Source of the DNA: Alphaproteobacteria bacterium
Lineage (GTDB): Bacteria; Pseudomonadota; Alphaproteobacteria; MPNO01
NCBI GenBank assembly: GCA_964291675.2
Contig: OZ219866.1
Location: 1,792,001 to 1,856,000 of the forward strand
Length of the DNA: 64,000 nt
Direction of reading: 5' to 3'
Under the pieces are notes generated by a model that was given only the letters and a program-made list of their open reading frames with translations, did no database searches and was not told the origin of the DNA. Below, piece after piece: positions 19,552-28,772 of the stretch (position 1 is the stretch's first letter; each line of letters begins with the position of its first letter). Both the position numbers and the translations under genes were made by a program.

Positions 19552-19701
19552 GTCCTTCGATACGCGGCTTCGCCGCTACTCAGGATGAGGGGGGTTGGGG
19601 TGCCCGAAGGGCCGTATCGCGGGACACAGCCCACGACACATCCCTCACAAGACCCATCCCTCACCCTGAGTAGCCCGCCGAAGGCGGGCGTATCGAAGGG
19701 C
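19552..19701. repeat. REP/REPIN-like inverted palindromic element, copy 1
   Basis: Left arm GTCCTTCGATACGC-GGCTTCGCC-GCTACTCAGGATGAGGG (19552-19591) and inverted right arm CCCTCACCCTGAGTAGC-CCGCCGAAGGCGG-GCGTATCGAAGGGC (19658-19701). The left arm recurs at 59886. Confidence 0.85.
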
Positions 19702-19708
19702 GCCCCCG

Positions 19709-20956
19709 CTACCCGTCGGGCTCGCCCGCCCGCACCCTGCCGGCGCAGGGGTTGACGCCGAACCAGTAGGCGAGCTCGGCCGGCTGGCCGATGTCCCAGA
19801 GCGCGAGATCGGCGCGCTTGCCGACTTCGAGCGTGCCGCGGTCCTCGCCCAGCCCGAGCGCCCGGGCGGCCTCGCGGGTGACCCCGGCCAGCGCCTCCTC
19901 CGGCGTCAGCCGGAACAGGGTGCAGGCCATGTTGAGCATCAGCAGCAGCGACAGCGCCGGCGAGGACCCCGGGTTGAAATCGGTGGCGATGGCGATGCCC
20001 GCCCCGGCGTTGCGCATCGCGTCGACCGGCGGCGGCCTGGTCTCGCGCAGGGTGTAGAACGCGCCCGGCAGCAGGACGGCGACGGTGCCCGCCGCGGCCA
20101 GCGCCGCGATGCCCTCCTCGGAGGTGTATTCCAGGTGGTCGGCCGACAGCGCGTCGTAGCGCGCGGCCAGCGCCGCGCCGCCGAGATCCGAGAGCTGGTC
20201 GGCGTGCAGCTTGACCGGCAGGCCGTGCGACCGGGCGGCGGAAAACACCCGGTCGGTCTCCTCCGGGGTGAACCCGATGCCCTCGCAGAACGCATCCACC
20301 GCGTCCGCGAGGCCCGACTCCGCGACCGCCGGCAGCATCTCCTCGACCACCAGGTCGATATAGGCGCCCTGGCGGCCGGCATATTCGGGCGGCAAGGCGT
20401 GCGCGCCAAGGAAGGTGGTGCGGACGTCGACCGGCTGCGCCCCGCCGAGCCTGCGGGCGACGCGGAGCTGCTTGAGCTCGGTGTCGGTGTCGAGCCCGTA
20501 GCCCGACTTGACCTCGACGGTCGTCACCCCCTCGTCGATCAGGTTGCCGAGCCTCGGCACCGCCGCTGCGTACAGCGCCTCGTCGTCGGCCTCGCGCGTC
20601 GCCCGCATGGTCGAGACGATTCCGCCGCCCGCCCGCGCGACCTCCTCGTAGCTCGCGCCGTTGAGCCGCATCTCGAACTCGCCCGCGCGGCTGCCGCCGA
20701 ACACGAGATGGGTGTGGCAGTCGATCAGCCCGGGCGTGATCCAGCGCCCGGCGGCGTCGTGCACCCTGCCCGCCAGGGCGGCGGGGTCGCCAGGCAGCTC
20801 GGCGGCCGCGCCGAGCCAGGCGATGCGCCCGTCCGCCACCGCGATGGCGGCGTCGCGGATGGCGCCGTAGGGCTCGCCGCCCGGCACCATCGTCGCCAGG
20901 TTGGCGCCGGTCCAGAGCCTGTCCCATCCGCCCTCGGCCGGTCGCGCGCGCGCCAT
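19709..20956 (-). CDS. hutI: Imidazolonepropionase
   Basis: [53 protein letters not shown]. Confidence 0.95.
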   Translation of the reverse strand: MARARPAEGGWDRLWTGANLATMVPGGEPYGAIRDAAIAVADGRIAWLGAAAELPGDPAALAGRVHDAAGRWITPGLIDCHTHLVFGGSRAGEFEMRLNGASYEEVARAGGGIVSTMRATREADDEALYAAAVPRLGNLIDEGVTTVEVKSGYGLDTDTELKQLRVARRLGGAQPVDVRTTFLGAHALPPEYAGRQGAYIDLVVEEMLPAVAESGLADAVDAFCEGIGFTPEETDRVFSAARSHGLPVKLHADQLSDLGGAALAARYDALSADHLEYTSEEGIAALAAAGTVAVLLPGAFYTLRETRPPPVDAMRNAGAGIAIATDFNPGSSPALSLLLMLNMACTLFRLTPEEALAGVTREAARALGLGEDRGTLEVGKRADLALWDIGQPAELAYWFGVNPCAGRVRAGEPDG

Positions 20957-21065
20957 GATTCCTCTCCCCCTTTGCCGGGAAACCATAGCACGCGGGCCGA
21001 GTACCCGGGCCCGGCCATATGGTCTACGCTCCGGCGCGGAACATCCCGAGGCGGCCGGCCGAAAG

Positions 21066-21863
21066 ATGACCGAAGACGACATCTACGACTTTGCGCCGGG
21101 GACGACGCCGCTGCTCGTCAGCATCCCGCATGACGGGCGGGCGATCCCCGACGACATCGCGGCGCGGATGACGGATGCGGCGCGCGCGATTCCCGACACC
21201 GACTGGCATATCGGACGGCTCTACGACTTCGCCGCCGAACTCGGCGCCGGCGTGCTGGCGGCGCGCTACTCGCGCTATGTCGTCGACCTCAACCGCGACC
21301 CGGACGGCGCGGCGCTCTACCCCGGGGCTGACAACACCGAGATCGTGCCGCTCGGAACCTTCGACAGGGAGCCGATCTACCTGTCCGGCGCGGAGCCGGA
21401 CGGCGCCGAGATCGCCGGGCGGATCGCGCGGTTCTGGCAGCCCTATCACCGCCGGCTCGCCGCCGAGCTCGGATTATTGCGCGAGCGCCACGGGGTTGCC
21501 CTCCTGTTCGATGCGCATTCGATCCGCAGCGTGTTGCCGCGGTTCTTCGACGGCCGGCTCCCCGACTTCAATTTCGGCACCGCGCGCGGCGCGAGCGCCG
21601 ATCCCCGGCTCGCCGCGTCCGCCTTCGGCGTGCTCGACTCGGCCGAGGGCTTCACGGCGGTCGACAACGGGCGGTTCACCGGCGGCTACATCACGCGGCG
21701 CTACGGCGCGCCCGCCGACGGGGTCCACGCGATCCAGCTCGAGCTCACCCAGCGGACCTATATGGGCGAGGCGCCGCCGTTCGACTACCGCCCCGATCTC
21801 GCGGCGAAGGTGAAGCCGGTGCTCAGAGACCTGCTCGCCGCGACGATCGACTGGGCGGGTTGA
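21066..21863 (+). CDS. hutG: N-formylglutamate deformylase
   Basis: [49 protein letters not shown]. Confidence 0.92.
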   Translation: MTEDDIYDFAPGTTPLLVSIPHDGRAIPDDIAARMTDAARAIPDTDWHIGRLYDFAAELGAGVLAARYSRYVVDLNRDPDGAALYPGADNTEIVPLGTFDREPIYLSGAEPDGAEIAGRIARFWQPYHRRLAAELGLLRERHGVALLFDAHSIRSVLPRFFDGRLPDFNFGTARGASADPRLAASAFGVLDSAEGFTAVDNGRFTGGYITRRYGAPADGVHAIQLELTQRTYMGEAPPFDYRPDLAAKVKPVLRDLLAATIDWAG

Positions 21864-23224
21864 TGCGGGCTTACGCGTTCGACCGCGTACTGACGCCCGA
21901 GGGATGGCTCGCCCCCGGGCGGATCGAGGTCGGCGGCGACGGGCGGATCGCCGCCGTCGATGCCGGCGAAGGCGGCGAGCGGGTCGGCGGCATCGCGCTT
22001 CCCGGCATGCCCAACCTGCACAGCCACGCCTTCCAGCGGGCGATGGCCGGGCTCACCGAACGCGCCGGGCCGGGAACGGACAGCTTCTGGACCTGGCGGG
22101 AGACGATGTACCGCTTCGTCGCCCGGCTCGGCCCGGACGACGTGGAAGCGATCGCCGCCCAGCTCTATTGCGAGATGCTGAAGGCGGGCTACACCGCGGT
22201 CGCCGAGTTCCACTATTTGCACCACGCGCCGGACGGCGGCGCTTACGACGACCTCGCCGAGATGGCCGACCGCGTGGCGGGCGCGGCGGAGCGGACCGGC
22301 ATCGCGCTCACCCTGCTGCCGGTGCTCTACGACGCCGGCGGCTTCGGCGGGGTGCCGGTGGGCGACGCCCAGCGCCGCTTTGCCAACGATGCGGAGCGGC
22401 TGCTCGAAATCGTCGAGACCATGCAGCACCGCCACGGCGCCCGGCCCGATTTCCGTGTCGGCCTCGCCCCGCACAGCCTGCGGGCGGCGGCTCCCGGGAG
22501 CCTCGCGGCCGCGCTCGTCGGGCTGGACGCCATCGACCCGGGCGCGCCGGTCCATATCCACGTCGCCGAACAGACCCGGGAGGTGGAGGGCTGTCTCGCC
22601 TGGTGCGGCAGGCGCCCGGTGGAATGGCTGCTGGAACGCCACGCAATGGGGCCGCGCTGGTGCCTCGTCCACGCCACCCACATGAGCGCCGGGGAGACGC
22701 GGGCGCTCGCGGCCACCGGGGCCGTCGCCGGCCTCTGCCCGACCACCGAGGCCAATCTCGGCGACGGGCTGTTCCCGCTGGCCGCCTGGCTGGAGGCGGG
22801 CGGGCGCCTCGGCATCGGGTCCGACAGCCACGTGTCGGTGAGCCCGGTCGAGGAGCTGCGCTGGCTCGAATACGGCCAGCGCCTCGCCGCGCGGCAGCGC
22901 AACATCGCCGCTCCGCCGGAGGGCTCGACGGGCGCGCGCCTCCACGCCGCGGCGCTCGACGGCGGCGCGCAGGCGACCGCGCGCGATGGCGGCGCCATCG
23001 AGGCGGGCCGGACGGCCGACATCGTCGTCCTCGACGCCGCCCACCCGCTGCTCGCCGGGAAGACCGGCGACGCGATCCTCGACGCCTACGTCTTCGCCGG
23101 CAACGAAAACCCGGTCCGCGACGTCATGGTCGGCGGAAGCTGGGTGGTCCGCGATGGCCGGCATGCGGAGGAGGGCGCCATCGCGCGGGAGTTCGTGCGG
23201 ACGATGGAACGGCTGGCGGGGTAG
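21863..23224 (+). CDS. hutF: Formimidoylglutamate deiminase
   Basis: PNLHSHAFQRAMAG, DSFWTWR, EFHYLHH, APHSLRA, HIHVAEQ, CPTTEANLGDG, GSDS. Confidence 0.95.
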   Translation: MRAYAFDRVLTPEGWLAPGRIEVGGDGRIAAVDAGEGGERVGGIALPGMPNLHSHAFQRAMAGLTERAGPGTDSFWTWRETMYRFVARLGPDDVEAIAAQLYCEMLKAGYTAVAEFHYLHHAPDGGAYDDLAEMADRVAGAAERTGIALTLLPVLYDAGGFGGVPVGDAQRRFANDAERLLEIVETMQHRHGARPDFRVGLAPHSLRAAAPGSLAAALVGLDAIDPGAPVHIHVAEQTREVEGCLAWCGRRPVEWLLERHAMGPRWCLVHATHMSAGETRALAATGAVAGLCPTTEANLGDGLFPLAAWLEAGGRLGIGSDSHVSVSPVEELRWLEYGQRLAARQRNIAAPPEGSTGARLHAAALDGGAQATARDGGAIEAGRTADIVVLDAAHPLLAGKTGDAILDAYVFAGNENPVRDVMVGGSWVVRDGRHAEEGAIAREFVRTMERLAG

Positions 23225-23238
23225 GGGCGGAGAGCGCG

Positions 23239-23826
23239 GTGTTCACCATCGGACATTCCGCGCACGCGCTGGAATTCTTCCTGGAGCTCTTGCGACGGCA
23301 CGAAATATCGGCGGTGGCTGATGTGCGGTCCGCTCCCTATAGCCGCCATTGCCCGCATTTCAGCAAGGATGCGCTCGGCAAGGGGCTCGCCGCGGCTGGC
23401 GTGAAGTACGTCTTTCTCGGCCGCGAGCTTGGCGGGCGGCCCGACGATCCGTCGTGCTACGAGAACCGGCGCATCCGGTATTCGCGGTTGGCCGGGCGAC
23501 CGGCGTTCCGGGCCGGAATCGAGCGCCTGAAGGAGGGGGCGCTCGAGCACCGGATAGCCATCATGTGCGCCGAAAGGGAGCCGCTGGAGTGTCACCGGAC
23601 AATCCTGGTGTCGCCGGCGCTGCAAGAGGAAGGACTGTCAGTCGAGCACATTCACGCCGACGGTCGCCTGGAGTCCCACAGCAAGGCGATGGACCGGTTG
23701 ATCGACAGTCTGGGGCTTCCTCGCGACGACCTTTTCCGGTCTCGGGACGAAATCGTTTCGGAGGCGCTGCTTCGTCAGGAGGCGCGGATCGCCTACACGC
23801 TGGGCGATCCCGGAGACCCTCCGTGA
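23239..23826 (+). CDS. DUF488 family protein (first of a pair)
   Basis: GTG start. FTIGHS, DVRSAPYSR, ELGGRP, IMCAEREPLECHR. Confidence 0.85.
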   Translation: MFTIGHSAHALEFFLELLRRHEISAVADVRSAPYSRHCPHFSKDALGKGLAAAGVKYVFLGRELGGRPDDPSCYENRRIRYSRLAGRPAFRAGIERLKEGALEHRIAIMCAEREPLECHRTILVSPALQEEGLSVEHIHADGRLESHSKAMDRLIDSLGLPRDDLFRSRDEIVSEALLRQEARIAYTLGDPGDPP

Positions 23827-24260
23827 AGCTTTTCACCATTGGATTCACCAAGAAGAGCGCCGAGAGATTCTTCGACCTCCTGGCCTCATCCGGGGCGAAG
23901 CGTGTGGTCGACGTTCGGCTCAACAACGTCTCCCAACTGGCCGGTTTCGCCAAGCGCGACGACCTGAAATATTTCCTGCGGCGGGTGTGCGGGATTGACT
24001 ACGTGCACCTGCCCGACCTCGCCCCGACGCGTGAATTGCTGGCCGACTACCGGAAAAACCGCATCGACTGGGACACCTATGAGCGGCAGTTCCTCGACCT
24101 GATGCGGGCGCGCCGCATCGAGGACAGCATCCCCCGAGAGGTGATCCACGGCGGCTGCCTCTTGTGCAGCGAGGACAAGCCGCATCACTGCCACCGGCGC
24201 CTCGTCGCGCAATATCTCGACGAACATTGGGGCGGCATTGAGGTCCGGCACCTTACCTGA
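23823..24260 (+). CDS. DUF488 family protein (second of a pair)
   Basis: GTGA overlap with the first gene. FTIGFTKKSA, DVRLNNVSQLAGFAK, LAPT, LLCSEDKPHHCHRR. Confidence 0.88.
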   Translation: MKLFTIGFTKKSAERFFDLLASSGAKRVVDVRLNNVSQLAGFAKRDDLKYFLRRVCGIDYVHLPDLAPTRELLADYRKNRIDWDTYERQFLDLMRARRIEDSIPREVIHGGCLLCSEDKPHHCHRRLVAQYLDEHWGGIEVRHLT

Positions 24261-24348
24261 CCTCCGGCAGCCGACAATCGGACACTTGAGAACTCCCGGC
24301 GAGCATCTATATCCCGTGCGGCACGCCTCCAACATTCGAGCTCCCGCC

Positions 24349-24999
24349 ATGTCCTCACCTCCGGCCACCGACCGGGTCCGTCTGCGTCGCCGCCACGACC
24401 GGGGCGGGTACGACGCGACCACGATCTATCCCATCCTCGATGCCATGCCGCTGTGCTCGGTGGGCTACGTGTTCGACGGGCAGCCTTACGTGACGCCGAC
24501 GCTGCAATGGCGCGAGGCGGATCGGGTCTACTGGCACGGCTCGTCGGCGAGCCGCATGCTGCGCGCGGTGGAGGAGGCCCAGGTGTGCCTGACGGTCGCC
24601 ATCCTCGACGGCTTCGTGCTGGCGCGCTCGGGCTTCCACCACTCGATCAACTACCGCTCGGCGATGCTGCTGGGCACCGCGCGCAAGGTTTCCGACCCGG
24701 ACGAGAAGACGGCGCGGCTCAAGACCTTCGTCGACGGCTCGTTCCCCGGACGCTGGGACATGCTGCGCCCGGCGACCGACCAGGAGATGAAGGCGACGAC
24801 GGTGATGTCGATGCCGATCGGCGAGGCCTCGTCGAAGATCCGCATGGGCCCGCCGGGCGACGAGGAGGAGGACTACGCGCTGCCGATCTGGGCCGGCGTG
24901 ATCCCGGTGCGCATGTCGGTATCCGATCCGGTGCCCGACCCGCGCAACATCGAAGGCATCGAGCCGCCCGGCCACGTGCGCGACTTCCGCCTGGGCTGA
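24349..24999 (+). CDS. Pyridoxamine 5'-phosphate oxidase / NimA-like flavin-binding protein
   Basis: RGGYD, YWHGSSASRML, VLARSGFHHSINYRS, DYALPIWAGVIP. Confidence 0.87.
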   Translation: MSSPPATDRVRLRRRHDRGGYDATTIYPILDAMPLCSVGYVFDGQPYVTPTLQWREADRVYWHGSSASRMLRAVEEAQVCLTVAILDGFVLARSGFHHSINYRSAMLLGTARKVSDPDEKTARLKTFVDGSFPGRWDMLRPATDQEMKATTVMSMPIGEASSKIRMGPPGDEEEDYALPIWAGVIPVRMSVSDPVPDPRNIEGIEPPGHVRDFRLG

Positions 25000-25006
25000 G
25001 GCTGCG

Positions 25007-25282
25007 GTGAAGGCGCTGCCCGAAGGGGTTTCGAGCTACGCGAGCACGGCGGAATTCACCGAGGCGTCGATCCCGGCGAAGCTGCTCAAATCCCATCGCA
25101 CCAAAGCCGGGACCTGGGGCAGGATCGTCGTCCTGGAGGGCAGGCTCCGCTACCGCATCCACGAGCCGGAAATCCGCGCCTTCGAGCTCTTGCCCGGCAA
25201 TCCCGGGGTCGTGGAGCCGGAGGTTCCGCACGAGGTCGAGCCGATGGGCCGCGTGCGCTTCCGCGTGGACTTCTATCGCTGA
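25007..25282 (+). CDS. DUF1971 (TehB N-terminal-like cupin) protein
   Basis: FTEASIPAKLLKSHRTKAGTWG, VEPEVPHEVEP, FRVDFY. Confidence 0.82.
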   Translation: MKALPEGVSSYASTAEFTEASIPAKLLKSHRTKAGTWGRIVVLEGRLRYRIHEPEIRAFELLPGNPGVVEPEVPHEVEPMGRVRFRVDFYR

Positions 25283-25956
25283 GGCGGCTGCTCCAGCGCG
25301 AAGCGGGCGAGCACGGCGAAATCCGCTTCCGGCGACGCCTGGCCGCAGAGGCAGATGTCGGCGATCTCGACCGGCTCGGCGATGGCGGGCAGCGCCAGGC
25401 GCGCGATCCCGGCGCCGAACCTCGCCCGGTCGCCCGCCTCCAGCGGACCGGTCAGGGTCAGGTGGAACCGGTAGTCCTCGAAGACATAGGGGTAGCCCCA
25501 GCGCTCCAGGTTCGCCTTCTGCGATGCCGTCAACCGGTCCGGCCGCCGCCGCGCTTGCTCTGCCGCGGTCGAAGGCGCGCGGAAGGGGTCGAAGGCTCTG
25601 ACGCAGTCGGCCGCGAGCGCCGCCGCTGCGCGCGTTTCCAGCGGGGCGAGGACCAGGAAATCCGACAGCACGCGCAGCGCCAGCTTGCCGGCCGGAGCCG
25701 GGCCGCGCGTTCGGCAGAAGCGTTCGAGCGCCTCGCCGAGCGCCCCTTCGTCCTTGCCTTCCGCCAGCCGGAAGGGCGCCTTGAGCGTCGCGTGGAAGTC
25801 GTATCTGCGCGGCGCCGCCACCGCGCGGCACCATTCCTCGGCGCTCACGCCGGCGCCTTCCGGCGGCGCGCACGCATCGCGGCCCAGCCAGCGCGCACCG
25901 AACGCGGCAAGCGCCGTGCCCGGCGGCGGGACGTAGTAGAGCGCGTAACGATGCAT
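25273..25956 (-). CDS. DUF1045 family (2H phosphoesterase-like) protein
   Basis: RYALYYVP, WLGRD, FHATLKAPF, WGYPYVFEDYRFHLTLTG; two HxT motifs. Confidence 0.85.
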   Translation of the reverse strand: MHRYALYYVPPPGTALAAFGARWLGRDACAPPEGAGVSAEEWCRAVAAPRRYDFHATLKAPFRLAEGKDEGALGEALERFCRTRGPAPAGKLALRVLSDFLVLAPLETRAAAALAADCVRAFDPFRAPSTAAEQARRRPDRLTASQKANLERWGYPYVFEDYRFHLTLTGPLEAGDRARFGAGIARLALPAIAEPVEIADICLCGQASPEADFAVLARFALEQPPQR

Positions 25957-26033
25957 CGGACTCCCGCCGCCTTGTTGACGCCGCAGACCGGCTCCAACAC
26001 CATGGCGCCAGTCATCGCATACGGGGGCGCGGC

Positions 26034-26732
26034 ATGCACGACGTAACGGTCCGGCAGGAGATCGTCGACCGGGTTCTCGCCCGGCGCGGGCGCTACCACC
26101 TCTACGACGCGCTGGAGGCCGAGAGCACCGCCTTCGTGGTGGTCGACATGCAGAACATGTTCTGCGAGCCCGGCGCGCCCGCCGAGGTGCCGGCCTCGCG
26201 CGGGGTCTGCGACAACATCAACCGGCTGGCGGAGGAAGTACGGGAAGAGGGCGGGCTGGTGATCTGGGTCACCAGCGCGTCCACCTTCGCCAACGGCAAG
26301 AGCGACTGGGAGTCCTTCATCCGCACCTTCGTCGCCGAGGAGGTGCAGGAGCGCACCGCCGAGGCGATGAAGCCGGGCGGCCACGGCGAGCAGATCTGGC
26401 ACGAGCTCGAGCCCGACGAGCGCGACCTGTTCGTGCGCAAGAACCGCTACTCGGCGCTGACACCGGGCGCGTCGATCCTCCAGACGGTTCTCGCCAGCCA
26501 CCGCATCCGCAACGTGCTGATCGGCGGCACCAAGACCAATATCTGCTGCGAATCGACCGCGCGCGACGCGATGCAGCTCGACTACCGCGTGGTCATGGTC
26601 GAGGACTGCAACGCCGCGCTGTCGGACGACGAGCACCGCGCGGCGCTGGAAAACGTCATCCAGCAATTCGGCGACGTGATGACCGCCGACGAGGTCGTCG
26701 CCGCGCTTGGGAAGCGCCGCAATGAGCCCTAA
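26034..26732 (+). CDS. Isochorismatase-family cysteine hydrolase (RutB-like)
   Basis: VVDMQN, KNRYSA and TNICCESTARDA give the D-K-C triad. Confidence 0.85.
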   Translation: MHDVTVRQEIVDRVLARRGRYHLYDALEAESTAFVVVDMQNMFCEPGAPAEVPASRGVCDNINRLAEEVREEGGLVIWVTSASTFANGKSDWESFIRTFVAEEVQERTAEAMKPGGHGEQIWHELEPDERDLFVRKNRYSALTPGASILQTVLASHRIRNVLIGGTKTNICCESTARDAMQLDYRVVMVEDCNAALSDDEHRAALENVIQQFGDVMTADEVVAALGKRRNEP

Positions 26733-27456
26733 CCGTAGTGACCTCGCCGAATTCTCCGCCCTCACCTTCGACTGCTACGGCACGCTGATCGACTGGGAGA
26801 CCGGCATCTGGGATGCGCTGCAGCCGCTGCTGATGGCGAATCCCGGTTGCGAGGTCGAACGCAGCGCCGCGCTCGCCGCCTTCGGCGAGGCGGAATCCGC
26901 CGAGCAGCTGGCGCAGCCGGAGACGCTCTATCCCGGGATCCTCGCCGCCGTGCACCGGTCGATCGCCGCCCGCTTCGGGCTCGGCACCGACGCCGCGCTG
27001 GATGCGGCCTTCGGCGATTCGGTCCAGCACTGGCCGGCCTTCTCCGATACCGCCGGGGCGCTCAGGCGGCTCAAGAAGCGCTACCGGCTGGTGATCCTCT
27101 CCAATGTCGACCGCGCCGGCATCGCCGCCTCCAACCGCAAGCTCGGGGTCGCGTTCGATGCCATCTGCACCGCCCAGGACATCGGCAGCTACAAGCCCGA
27201 TCCGCGCAACTTCGCCCATATGATAGAGCACCTGGCGGGGCTCGGCCTCGGCGCCGGCGACATCCTGCATACCGCGCAGAGCCTGCGCCACGACCACGTG
27301 CCGGCGCGCGCCGCCGGGCTGGCCAATGCCTGGATCGACCGTCAGGACCAGTCGGCGGGCGGCGACTGGGGCGCCACCGCGCCGGTCCCCGACATGCCGG
27401 AGTTCGACTTCATCTTCCCGACGCTGGAGGCGATGGCCGACGCGGCCGGTCTATGA
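26722..27456 (+). CDS. HAD-superfamily hydrolase, haloacid dehalogenase type II-like
   Basis: TFDCYGTLIDWE, LSNVD, SYKPD, HTAQSLRHDHVPA. Confidence 0.87.
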   Translation: MSPNRSDLAEFSALTFDCYGTLIDWETGIWDALQPLLMANPGCEVERSAALAAFGEAESAEQLAQPETLYPGILAAVHRSIAARFGLGTDAALDAAFGDSVQHWPAFSDTAGALRRLKKRYRLVILSNVDRAGIAASNRKLGVAFDAICTAQDIGSYKPDPRNFAHMIEHLAGLGLGAGDILHTAQSLRHDHVPARAAGLANAWIDRQDQSAGGDWGATAPVPDMPEFDFIFPTLEAMADAAGL

Positions 27457-27924
27457 GCCGCCCTTGACCTCGGCGAGCGCCATCTCGATCGCATCGACGA
27501 TGCCGATATAGCCGGTGCAGCGGCAGAGATTGCCGGCGAGCTCCAGCCTTATGCGGTCGCGGTCGGCGTCCGGCAGTCGGGTGACGATGTCGTAGGCCGT
27601 CGCCAGCATGCCCGGCGTGCAGTAGCCGCACTGCACGGCATGCGCCTTCCTGAAACAGTCGCGGATGGTCGCCATCACGGCATCGCCGCCATAGCCCTCG
27701 ACGGTCCGCACCTCGGTCCCGTGGGAGGCCACCGCGAGCGTGATGCAGGAGCGCGCCGGGCGGCCGTCGAGCATGATCGTGCAGGCGCCGCAGACCCCGT
27801 GCTCGCAGGCGGTGTGGGTGCCGGTCAGCCCCTCGTGCTCGCGCAGGAAGTCGGCGAGCGAGAGGCGGGGCTCGACGTCGGCCGTGACCGTCCGGCCGTT
27901 GACGGAGATCGTGGTCGCGGTCAT
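27451..27924 (-). CDS. Molybdenum hydroxylase small (2Fe-2S) subunit, CoxS/XdhC-like
   Basis: CEHGVCGACT, QCGYCTPG, GNLCRCTGY. Confidence 0.92.
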   Translation of the reverse strand: MTATTISVNGRTVTADVEPRLSLADFLREHEGLTGTHTACEHGVCGACTIMLDGRPARSCITLAVASHGTEVRTVEGYGGDAVMATIRDCFRKAHAVQCGYCTPGMLATAYDIVTRLPDADRDRIRLELAGNLCRCTGYIGIVDAIEMALAEVKGGS

Positions 27925-28772
27925 GCGGAGAACGCCTCCCTGGCGGCGCGGACCGCGACCGTCGCATGCAGGTTCATGGCGTAGCGGTCCTCGGCATCGG
28001 CGAACCCCGCCGCTTCGATTTCGCCGCGGGCGGCATCCTTGACCCCGCCGGCCAGCGCGTCGGACCAGCCATCCGCGGCTGCGATCAGCCCCGCCACGCC
28101 GTCGAGCAGGATCGGCGCACGGGTCGGGCCGGCGAGCGCCGCGCGGCAGTGGCCGCGGTCGGGATCGCGGACCACGACGGCAAGCGATTCCGCGAAGTCA
28201 CCCGGCTTCACGCAGAGCTTGCAGTGGCCCCAGCGCGCGCCCTCCGACAGGCGGGGGACATGGATCGCCTCGAGGATCTCGCCCGGCTCCAGCACGGTGG
28301 TGAGCGGGTCGGTGATGAACGCTTCGGCGGCCACGCTGCGCCCGCCTTCCGGCCCCCTGATGCCGAGGCTCGCGCCGAGCGCCATCATCACCGGCGCCCA
28401 GTCGCCCGCGGGATCGGCATGGGCGAGGCTGCCGCCGACGGTGCCGCGGTTGCGCACCGCGCGGTAGGCGATCCCCGCCGCGGCGCGCCGCATCAGCCCG
28501 CGCGTCGCATCCGGCACCTCGCCGTCCTCGATCGCCGAATGGACCACGGATGCCCCGATCGTCAGCCCGTCCGCGTCTTCCGAGACCTCGCGGAGCTCGG
28601 CGACGGGCGCGAGATCGACCAGCAGCGCGGGCCGTGCGATCCGCAGGTTGAGCATCGGACCCAGCGACTGGCCGCCGGCGAGCGGGCGCGCGTCGCCGGC
28701 GGCGGCGCTCAACAGGCCGATCGCCTCGTCGAGGCTGTCGGCGCGGGCGTAGTCGAACGGGGCGGGCTTCAT
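27921..28772 (-). CDS. Molybdenum hydroxylase FAD-binding medium subunit, CoxM-like
   Basis: MKPAPFDY, LAGGQSL, RNRGTVGGSLAHADP. Confidence 0.9.
   Translation of the reverse strand: MKPAPFDYARADSLDEAIGLLSAAAGDARPLAGGQSLGPMLNLRIARPALLVDLAPVAELREVSEDADGLTIGASVVHSAIEDGEVPDATRGLMRRAAAGIAYRAVRNRGTVGGSLAHADPAGDWAPVMMALGASLGIRGPEGGRSVAAEAFITDPLTTVLEPGEILEAIHVPRLSEGARWGHCKLCVKPGDFAESLAVVVRDPDRGHCRAALAGPTRAPILLDGVAGLIAAADGWSDALAGGVKDAARGEIEAAGFADAEDRYAMNLHATVAVRAAREAFSA

Noticed and set aside
21904-23826. Apparent long ORFs suggesting fusions or frameshifts (hutF-DUF488, ivd-mccB, cupin-MBL, coxL-coxM)
   Set aside because: Each downstream gene has its own start next to the upstream stop. The long upstream extensions are off-frame open stretches typical of high-GC DNA.
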